This document shows positions 52,353 through 64,000 of a stretch of DNA of 64,000 nucleotides, piece after piece; position 1 is the stretch's first letter; every line of letters begins with the position of its first letter. The translations under genes were made by a program, and so were the position numbers. Source of the stretch: the human T2T-CHM13v2.0 reference genome, Homo sapiens; assembly GCF_009914755.1 (NCBI RefSeq), contig NC_060946.1, one strand, 5' to 3'. Below the pieces are notes generated by a model. That model searched no databases. It was not told the DNA's origin and saw only the letters and a list, made by a program, of their open reading frames with translations.

Positions 52353-54492
52353 AAGGAACCAGGACAAGCTACCCCTCAAGGCTGTGTTTGGCCCCAAGCC
52401 CCCAACACCTGCCCCCACCGCCTTTCTGAGACAGATCTCCCGTCATGTCCACCTCTGCTGTGATGTCACTGTTGAGCCAACTCTTGGGAAGAAAATCTTT
52501 GCTCTGAGTTAGGTTTCATTGGGAGGATTCCAAGGCAAGGGTGCCTGGGCTCCAAAATGTGACAGGGCCTCTTCAAGTAGCCCTTCCAGCTGACAAAGCC
52601 AGCCCCTTTAGTGAGTCCTCACAATCTCACCTCTGGTGCTTGACATCCCCACCCCCTCACACCCCCACTGGATCCATCAGACATAGCTCTGGATGCCTGG
52701 CAGAGCATCCTCTGAGAACATCTTCAGGTCCAGTGCACATCAACAAGTGCTAGTGGATAAAGAATGGAAGGAGAGGTACCTACGTCCATGCTGGGGCTTC
52801 CCTAGGATGATGGATACAACCACATCATGAAGTTGAGTGCTCAGTGCCCCAGGAGAGAGGTAAATGACAGTCACAGGCATTAGACGAGAAGGAAGCCTTC
52901 ATCAGGGTTGCTGCTCATTCAGCTGGCCCAGAAGCTCAACTGGTAATTAATAAACTTAACAATGAACTGGAGTGAAGCTTCCCTGTTTCCAGGCACTACC
53001 CCATCAAAACCAACCTTCATCCCATCTCGAAAGAACAGCTTTTAAATGCCAATGTAACTTTTTCACCATCCCATCCAAGTGCCCATGCGTAGGGGATGGA
53101 TGGATAACAGGAGGTGGAAGCTCTGAATGAAATCACAGGCAGGAGTAAGAGGGAATGAACCAGGTGAACATCCACCATGGATAGACCCTTCAGACTCAGA
53201 GTCAGGTGGAGGGAGGTGGGAAGAGAAGAACGGCATCTGGTAAAATACTCATGTAAAGTTAGAGAAATACTTCTCCAACACGACACTCAATATTTTGCAG
53301 AGATGTCACCATATGCAAAGAATTACTCCAAATCTATTATAATGGGTGCTTATGAGGCTTTGAGGCAGAATGGAAGTGGGAATAGAGAATAAAGGGAAAA
53401 ATGCAGTAATAAAACAAAAGAAATGGTTACAAAAAATATAGAAAATGAACAACCCTTCTGAAAGCAACTCAACATGCCCAATAAAATATTGTTCTAAATA
53501 TCCCTTTTCAAATGTGTTGTGAGTGGGCCAGAAACAATAAACCCCCAGGACCAATCAACATATGAAAGCAGGATCCTCCATCTGCAAACTCCAGAAGATC
53601 CTGACCTTCTGACTGACAGCTGCATAGACCCAGGGTACACAGGACAAGACGAAGTCAACTCAGTGAAGAGTGTCTCATGAGATGGCCCCCCAGGAAGCAG
53701 GGACCTCCAAGAGCTACCCCTCCGTATAACAGTAACCTAGAAAGACCTCATGAAAAGACAATAAAGACCCTACGTTGGCTCAAACTTATTGCTGAGTAGA
53801 TAGAAAATAAAAAAAAATTATCCTGATAATGTGAAACCCTAAACCAATGCTCATGTGGTTTTGCATTCTGAACTCATATCCACTGTGATAAAAAGGAGAA
53901 AAAAAACAAAACCTCAAGGGAGAAATTATTTTAAAGTTGTCTATCCTGAGCTGGTAGCAACCCAAGAGAATACAGATTCCCTTCAACAGAATACAACTTC
54001 AATACAAGCCTCAAATAATTCCCACATACAAAGTTATAAGGAAAAAATGAGCCATGGTCAAAAACCACAAAATACACAAAAGGCAGGCTACGTGCATGAC
54101 AGCCCGCAGAAACAACCGGCTTCAGGAACAACAGGCTGCAAAGCCAGCAGCCACTGCATTTCTAGAAGCTGGAATATAAAATATATATTTTTATAGATGT
54201 GAAATATGCTTTAAGAAACAAAATTTTTTAACATGTAAAAAAAAAATCCAAGAGACCACAAGAAATGAAGGAGATTTGAAAAATAACTGAGTAGAAGTCT
54301 AGAAATAAAATTAAAAATATAACCAAAATTAAAAACTCAACAGACGTGGTACAGCAGATTATGCACAGCTGACGAAACAATTACTGAAGTGAAAGGTAGG
54401 ATACAGCACAGACACGAACACATGTGACAGATGCAAAAGATGGATGGGCTAAGAGGGAAAGAGGAGCTGGGGTACATTTCATTCGAATTCTA

Positions 54493-54970
<478 letters not shown>

Positions 54971-55981
54971 TTAAACTATCGAATAAGCAAGAAAAGTATC
55001 ATAAAAAAGAGAAATATGAAAAGAAAATATCATAAAAAGAGAAAGAAAACAAATATTGTCCATCAGGGAGCAAAAGTCAGATTGAGGATTGATTGACTTC
55101 TCAACAGCAGTAGAGAATGCGACAAAAAAAAGGCAATAATATCTTCAGTGTGTTTCAGAGAGGATAAAAGAATTGTATACTCAGAAAAACTATCGTTTAA
55201 TGATGGAGGTAAAATATACATATTTTCAGATAAAAATAACTTAATAAGATAATTTGCCATCAACTGACCATACCACAGAAAATTCTAAAGAATCTACTTC
55301 AGACAGAAGTAAAGCCACGCCCAGAAGAAATTGGGGAATACAAGAAGGAGTAGTAAGCAAAGAGAATGGTATTTATTTGGTTAAATCTAAATAAAGGTAA
55401 GCTGAATGGAATCAAAGCAACAACACAATCAACAAGAACAACAACAACAGACCCCAACTTGGGGGGGATTAAGAAACAAAATTTAAAAATTGATAAAATA
55501 TAATAAAATCGGGCAAAATGGCACATAGTAGAGAAGGGGAATTCTGAGAGTTAAATTATCTTAAGATCCTTGTGCTTTGGGGAGGACGATGAATATCTTT
55601 TACTTTGTTGGTTTAAAAGTAAACTTTTCTAAAGTAACAACTAAAATAAAATAAGAGTGCAAAAACCTCCAAAATGGTCGTGGGGAAAAAGTGGAATGAA
55701 TAAATCAAACTCAGTGAATATAGAGAAAGACAACTGGAGGGAACACAGAAAGCATGAAAGATGATAAACATGAATCATAATTTTTCACTAGTTACAATAG
55801 ATATAAATAGTCTAATCTCATTAGTTAAAAGACAAAGATTGCTCAACTAGATTTTAAGAAGATAATTAATCTATACACTATTTATAAGAAACATACAACT
55901 TTAGAGTGCAGGAAGATCAAAGAAAAGGATGAAGAAAGATTAGGCAATATTTATTCAAATATTAATCAAAAGAAAAAACCC

Positions 55982-56001
55982 GAGAGAGAGAGAGAGAGAG
56001 A

Positions 56002-56042
<41 letters not shown>

Positions 56043-56044
56043 AG
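55982..56044. repeat. Compound (GA)n(GT)n(GA)n microsatellite
   Basis: Read directly. Confidence 0.97.
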
Positions 56045-56849
56045 TCAGAATTTAAGGCAAAATACATAGAGAAAAGAAGGTTACTATAAAAACGCCAAAT
56101 AGTTAAATATACCAAGTATAGAATAATTTCAAATCGTAATTAATCTAACAACAGCTTCAAAATATGTAAAACTAAAATTGACTACTATATTCTATCATAG
56201 AAGGAAATCTTGTTGTATTTTGTAATTATTAGTAGATGAAAAGGATAATTTTAAATATTGGGATATTGTAATTAACAAGCTTAGTCCACTCTAAAAATAA
56301 AAATAACTGGAGAATGCATATTATTTCCAAGCACACATGGAACATTTATAAAAATTAGCACATCCTAGGCCATACAGCAGTACTAATACATTTCAAAGCA
56401 TTATGATTATACAGATCAATTTTTCAGACAAAACTTTAATTAAATTAGAAATTAATAAAAATATCATTAGAAAGACTGCATGTATTTGGAAAAATCCTTT
56501 TAAAGCACACTTCTAAATTAATCATTGAGAAGGTTATAATGGAAATTAAAGATTTGTTTAATTTGAAATTTCAAAACTTATAGGATGCAGCCAAATCAGT
56601 TCATAAAAGGAAATTTATAGCCTTAATTGCTTAGGTTAGAAAAGAAGAAAGATTGGAAATCAATGAGACAAGCATATAACATAAGAAGTTGCAAAAAGAC
56701 AGTAAAATACCTCAAAGAAAATAGAAGGAAGAAAATGATTTTCAAACATTAAATACATGAATAAACAACAGACAAATTAAAGCTTTGAACATACCAATTA
56801 ACTTGACAACATTCTAGTAAGAGAATGAGAGAGACTAGCATAAAAGGGT

Positions 56850-56970
56850 AAGAAGGAAACATTTGGGTGGAGTGTTGGAGGAGGTGGGATGGTGGCCATG
56901 AGGCTGTCTAGGAGGAGAGGGGTCCAGGCAGAGGGAGGGGTTGTAGAAAGGCAGGAATCTGGAGCACATG
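56850..56970 (-). mobile_element. L2 fragment, inverted relative to its apparent continuation
   Basis: Reverse complement reads ccctctgcctggacccctctcctcc...catggcc...cccaaatgtttccttct, typical L2 3' region. Confidence 0.55.
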
Positions 56971-57282
56971 CTCTTAACACCCTACCTTCTTAGTCATGAT
57001 AAACATGAATCATATTTTTTCACTGGTTACAATAGATATAAATAGTCTAATCTCATTAGTTAAAAGACAAAGATTGCTCAACTAGATTTTAAGAAGAAAA
57101 TTGATCTATACACTATAAGAAACACATAACTTCAGAATGCAGGAAGATCAAAGAAAAGGATGAAGAAAGATCAGGCAATATTTATTCACATATCAATCAA
57201 AAGAAAAAACTGAAGAGGTGTGTGTTTGTATTGTATGTAGTTCAAAAGCATGCAAAACTAAATGATACATTATTTATGTATT

Positions 57283-57585
57283 CCTGACAGCAGGATTAAA
57301 AACTGCCATGCCAGCACTCCCCTCCACTCCTTCTTCTCAATAACACTTCTAACATAATTAGGGGCATACCAATATGTAATTATAACACTTCTAATAGAAT
57401 TAGTACACTTCATTTTCTAACATATTTTTTGTTTTAATCATTGTTTGCCTCCCTCCATAAGAATTTAAGCTCCATAAGGACCGTGGGTGTTGTCACTTTT
57501 GTTCACTGCTACATCCCCAAGATGTAGAGCAGAATCTGGCACTTAGAAAGTGCTCCATAAAAAAAATTTTTGATGAATCCATCCA
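57283..57585 (+). mobile_element. L2 3' end
   Basis: taagctccataagga...tttgttcactgctacatcccca...tggcacttagaaagtgctccataaa. Confidence 0.75.
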
Positions 57586-57914
57586 AGAAACTAATAGAAA
57601 AATGAGCGACAGACTTGACTGGGCACTCTACAGAAGAGGAAATGTCAATGGCCCATAAACATGACAAGATGCTCAACCTCTTTAGTAATTAGTTGCTATT
57701 TATTAGTCTTGTGCAATCTAGTCCATGCACCTTCCATGAGATGCCATTTCACACCCATTGATATGCAAACCCTAAGAAGTCAGACAGTGCCAGATGCTTG
57801 TGTGGTTAGGGAGCAGCCACAGCTCCTAGATTCTGCTGCTGGGAGCATAAGTTGGTTTAACCACTTTGAGTAATCATTTGACACTACCTAGTACCCTTAA
57901 GTATGTGTGTGCTG

Positions 57915-58180
57915 GCTCCTCTCCACTCCAAGACCCATGTCTATCCATTGCTGCCCTGCTCTGAGCTTCCGGGGACCAACCTCTCCATCATCCAGGGAGC
58001 ATCTCCCAGAGCTCCTTGCCCCTGGACTCCAACTGGGTTCAGCCAATGAGAAGCACTGGAGGAAGTCGGGGGCAGGATGAGAGAACAATCAGGGTATTTC
58101 TTCTTACCAGCCCACTTCCCCTCTGCACTGGCATCACGTGTCCAGCAGGGGCTGCGAACTCTACAGCTCCGCCTGCTGCA
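57915..58180. mobile_element. LTR33-like ERVL LTR fragment
   Basis: gctccttgcccctggactccaactgggttcagccaatgagaagcactggagga...agggtatttc. Confidence 0.65.
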
Positions 58181-58222
58181 ACATGGAGAAAAATGCAAAC
58201 TACTTAGGAATTTAGCAGCATA

Positions 58223-58876
<654 letters not shown>

Positions 58877-59383
58877 TTTAGCAGCAGAGTTCTATAGTTC
58901 AAAAGCATGCAAAACTAAACGATACATTATTTATGTATTAAAGGGCCAACACAGGAATGATTAATACCTAATTCAAGATCATGAATGCACCTGCTAGAAG
59001 GAGAAAGAAAAGGGGAGCACGAAATGACAAGCAGGCGGTTCTCAACTTCCCAGGCATCTCTTCGTAAACTGCATGGTGCATACAGAGCTGCTGCCTTTTA
59101 TTTTATTTTTTATGCTTCCTCATATATTGTGTATGCCTGTTGTATGTATTTGTTATTTAATAAAAACTAATTTTAAAAAGATAATCAAGGTTTTTCCAGA
59201 ACAAAAACTCATTTAAATGGCCATCATGCTAAAATTTTTAAATATGCTATTTTAAATTTTAAATATGTATATTTATGCAGAATTATGATTTTGCAGAACT
59301 TCCGGAAATTAAAAATAGCAAACAGAAGAAGAAAATTAGCCAACATCGAAACATTTTTATGATTATATTTAGTAGAGTAATAT

Positions 59384-59702
<319 letters not shown>

Positions 59703-60213
59703 TAAAAAATAATTAAGCCAATATATTACAAAATTTTAAATAAGATCTCATGAATGAGTATTAAGGACCCAAAAAAAGTATTAATTTTTTTTTCTTTTTT
59801 AGAAAAGTGGAGCCCTATCTTTCATGTTAGAAACTGGAGAATGTGATTAACCCAACTCTCTGCACCTGAAGTCAGAAGGGAAAAAGGAAGAAAAGAGGAA
59901 AGAGAAGAAGGAAAAGGAAGGAGAGGAGGAGGAGGGAGGGGCCCAGGGGGAGGGGGGCAGAGGAGGTTGGGCCAAGGTTGCCTGCAGACGTTGGGCCAAG
60001 GTTGCCTGCAGAGTGTGGGAACACACAGAGGACGAGGGAAGGCTTGAATGGAGACCCAGAGGACCCGCGGTGGACAGGCATAGATGGGGAATTCCAGAAG
60101 AATCAAAAGCAGAAGCAAGACGTGAGCTTGAGAGTGCATCGCCTGTTGCAGGAAGTAGAAATATCTGGAGAAGTGGGTATCTCAGGGACCCATCAGAGAA
60201 GAATAGGAGTTAA

Positions 60214-60617
<404 letters not shown>

Positions 60618-61157
60618 GCAAATATCATTTTCAAGTCACCCAAACTCCCTATGCCTCCATTTCCTCTCCCAGGAAAGCAGCTTGGTAGTCAGGGGGTAGA
60701 TGATCTGCCCAAGGTTGTTGTGGAGTCGAGGAGATGGTGCGTGTACTACACAACACCTGCACACGGTGAAGAGTCCAATAAAATGTTTTCTATTTTTATA
60801 AAACGGGGATGCTGAGCAGAGACAGTGGAAACAGGCTGTGCAGAGCCCCCATGTGTCATTAAAAGGCATTTGGATATTATCCTGCAAGCAATAAGCGCCC
60901 TCTTAAGAATTCTTAGTAGGTTAAACATGGGTTTCTGGCTGGTCACTCTGGCTGGCCAGCAGTGGATGGGGCAGGTTTGGAGATCAGTTATGCGACATGG
61001 GCAGCAGTCAGACAGAGAGGGAGGGTTGGGCCGGGGACACAGGAGAGAGAGCCAGCTGTGCCAAGCGAGCGGGTGTGTGGATTGAGCCTGAGGGTGGTGA
61101 TCCCCCAGTTTCTGACCAGGAAAACTCCTACAGCAGTTGAACTACACCCTGCCCACC

Positions 61158-61585
61158 TGTCCTGGGTTGAATTGTGCTCCCTAAAGAGATATATGAAGTC
61201 ATAATGGCTAATGCCTCCCCATGTGACCTAATTTGAAAATAGGGTGAGTGCAGGTGTAATCCGTTGAGATGAGGTCACTCTGGAATAGGGTGTGCTCTTC
61301 ATCCAATACAATCAGTGTCCTTATGAGACCAGGAGAGAGGCCCACAGGGAGATGGCCGTGTGACAATGACTGCAGAGAATGAAGTGATGCAGCTACAAGC
61401 CAAGGAATCCCATGGAATGCCAGTCAACAGCAGAAGCTGGAAGGGGCCAGGAAGGTCCTTCCCGAGAGACTTCAGAGAAGCGTGGTCCTGCCAACACCCC
61501 TAGTCTCCAGACTGGAAGAGAACCAATGCCTGTTGTCCAAGGCTGCCCGGTGTAAGGCACTTTGTTCCAGCTGCCCCAGAGCACT
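61158..61585 (+). mobile_element. MLT1 (B/C-like) LTR
   Basis: gggttgaattgtgctcc...atgtgacctaatttgaaaatagggt...ctacaagccaaggaa. Confidence 0.8.
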
Positions 61586-62325
61586 CAGCCACCACCCTGG
61601 CCCCAACTCAAAGGCAACCTCTTCTCAGAAGGCCTTCCTCTATCTTCAGAAAACTCAAGTCACGCTGCAAGTGTAGCCTTTCCAAAATGAATTTCAACCA
61701 TGCTTTTTATTTCCCTGACTTTCCCACCAGACAGTGAACCCCATGAGGACAGCCTGAGGTCCCACACATCTCTGAATCCCCAACTCTCAGCCAGAGGGTG
61801 AGTGGGAAGAAATGAAGCCACCCGGCACAGCCTGGCCCCGCTGCGGCCGTCGGTGCAGCCCCTGGATCTCTTGGTACCTCCTGCGTTCCTCCTCTCTTGG
61901 CCCCATGCTCTGTCCCTCCACCTTCAATGGATGGGGTCCTCCAGCTTTGCTCTGGAATTTATCAGGCACTGGATGGTACACAATGAGGAATTCATTAGCT
62001 GGGCTCGTCCTGCTTTCGCCATGTGGACAGCTTCTTCCATGCTTCACTTGCAGACTGAGGACTGCCTATTCCAGCATCGCCAACTAAGGACACCTTGTGT
62101 TCAGATCTCGCTCTGCTGCCCCTGCCACCTAGAGGACCTCCTCGCTCATCGCCGATGCCTGGCTGGGGGACAATCTTCCTAAGACGCTCCATTTCATTCA
62201 TTTTGTAATGCAAACCTCTCCACTCAACTGTTTCTGCTCCTGTTTAAACAGTTTGCACATCTCCTCTGTTCTTATCATAGCAACCAGAAGCTGTTGCAGT
62301 TCCCTGTTTCTGCTTAATTTTGAAA

Positions 62326-62794
62326 TGCAGTTGATGTCAAAGTCTGTGTGTGTATGAATGAATCCATGTTGCTGCAATACGGTGCTGTGGGTGAGGGTGT
62401 AATTTAGCAACATCTGGAAGCAGCTCCCTGAGATTTCTGTTCCCAGATCTCACAGATGCAGGATTTCTCAGTCACAAGGAGGAGACAGAGCCAGGCAGCT
62501 GCTCACGCTTCCTTCTTCCATCTCACTGTTCCACCCTCGGCCATCGGCGAGGACACAAGGAAGCCACCAGGAGTACCTATGACTCACTTCCCTATGATAG
62601 TGTTTCCTGAAGAAATCACAAGCCACCTAATGTGACCTCCTCCCCAAACAAGCATCTCTGCCGTCTGTGGAAGGTCTTTTTTAGGAAGCTCAGGGAGCTG
62701 TTTCCAGACATTGCTAAATGATACCTAACCCATGGTATCATATTGCAACAACATGGATTCATTTCTGTGCACACAGATGTTGACGTCCAGTGCA
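62326..62794. repeat. Long imperfect inverted repeat (fold-back)
   Basis: 62326-62436 pairs with 62683-62794 (aatgaatccatgttgctgcaata / tattgcaacaacatggattcatt; atttagcaacatctggaagcagctccctgag / ctcagggagctgtttccagacattgctaaat). Confidence 0.9.
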
Positions 62795-62839
62795 CGTCCA
62801 CCATATGGCGTTCTACTGGACCTTCTGGGACACTCTAGT

Positions 62840-62980
62840 ACTGCCCAGTGAGGGAAATGTTCTCTCTGGTCTAGCAGCCACTGGCAGATTGAGCACATAA
62901 GGAACTGAATTTAATTTCATGTCATTTTAGTTCATTTACATTTGAATGTGGCTAGCAGCTACTGTATTGGACAGTTCAGT
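62840..62980. mobile_element. MER3-like hAT DNA transposon fragment
   Basis: ggaaatgttct...tagcagccact...aggaactgaattt...atgtggctagcagctactgtattggacag. Confidence 0.65.
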
Positions 62981-63787
62981 CCTCGAGTACTTCTACTAGG
63001 AAATACATGATAAAGTGAGCTAACAGCTTCCTTCCTACTGCAAACATACAGAAATGCAGAAGAAGTCCTAACTACAAAAAATATTTTCTAAAACCAAGCA
63101 AAACTCAAAGCAAGAAAGAAAATCCTTCTGTGCCAGACCACAGGGGAAATGCAGTCAGGGTACGCAGCTGAGGGTTGGGGACCACAGGGGCGGGCACACG
63201 AATTATGGATAAACCTTGGGACTGAGCTTGCAGGAAGGGGAGGAGCCCCAGGAAGCTTGAGAGAGAGCTGGTTGTATGGGATCCCACGCGTCCTTGTTCC
63301 TCCCCTCTGAACTGCATGCACTCTGGGCCTCCCATGTCCATCAGTACCTTCCAAATATATTTCTCTCCATGGAAGCGTAAAGTTTTGCATATAAAATCTC
63401 TATCGGGAGATTTTTAAATTATTGTCCTTTGGCTAGATTTTCCAACTCTATAATTTCAATTAGCTTTTACTTTTAATAAGGTCTTTTGGTTTTTAACAAC
63501 ACCCTTCTCTTTTTATGAATTTCATCTCTTTATCTCTTGGATGATTCTCATTGTGCTTGTGCTAAAGCCTTGTTAGGACACTCCATCATTTCTAGTTCTT
63601 CAGGGCTGAATTCTCTACATGCTGTGCTGGCAGCCCCTCACTATGGTGCCTTTTCCTTGTGCTTTATACATTCTTTTATCGGCTCATTTCCCTTGAAGTT
63701 GTCCTCACTTGTAGTCCTGCCAGTTCCCTAGAATGTGAAGGTGTTTCTATGGGACAGAATTGTAGAAGTGTTTCATGTGTTCATTAG

Positions 63788-64000
63788 TGATATTGCTTGG
63801 ATGTCTGTCCCCTTCAAATCTCATGTTGAAATGTCATCCCCATTGTTGGAGGTGGGCCTGATGGGAGGTGTTTGGGTCCTGGGGGCAGATTCCCTCATGA
63901 ATGGCTTGCTGCCCTCCCCTGGGTGATTAGTGAGTTCTCATTCTATCATTTCACATGAGAACTCATTTTTTAAAGAGCCCGGCACCTCCTCTCTCTCCCT
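63788..64000 (+). mobile_element. MST (B-like) MaLR LTR, runs off the window
   Basis: tgatattgcttggatgtctgtccccttcaaatctcatgttgaaatgt...tggaggtgggcctgatgggaggtgtttgggtc. Confidence 0.85.

Overview
Primate (very probably human) non-coding genomic DNA. It carries AluJ, AluS and AluY elements, old L1, L2 and MIR fragments, many MaLR LTRs (THE1, MST, MLT1), ERV1 solo LTRs (MER4A, MER41A-type) and ERVL LTRs. I can support no protein-coding gene, RNA gene or CRISPR array. The long ORFs in the track come from simple repeats, VNTRs or antisense Alus. The standout feature is a ~1.95 kb (GGA/GGC)n trinucleotide array (4868-6816). It has grown inside an ancient L1 ORF1 fragment, stays in triplet register throughout and has stop-free polyGly, polyArg and Glu/Ala frames. 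Other points of interest are: (i) four unrelated short direct duplications, each with copies 1.2-1.3 kb apart, one with a hairpin at its junction and one starting at a PBX-MEIS decamer; (ii) a small inversion scar with templated insertions at ~57 kb; (iii) a ~470 bp fold-back at 62.3-62.8 kb; (iv) VNTRs born inside or beside LTRs; (v) several AT-rich, repeat-free islands dense in Hox-Pbx, Meis, Fox and Sox motifs that look like developmental enhancers in a gene desert. Repeat subfamily calls come from recalled consensus sequences, not a search, and boundaries of old repeats are approximate. I cannot name the locus.
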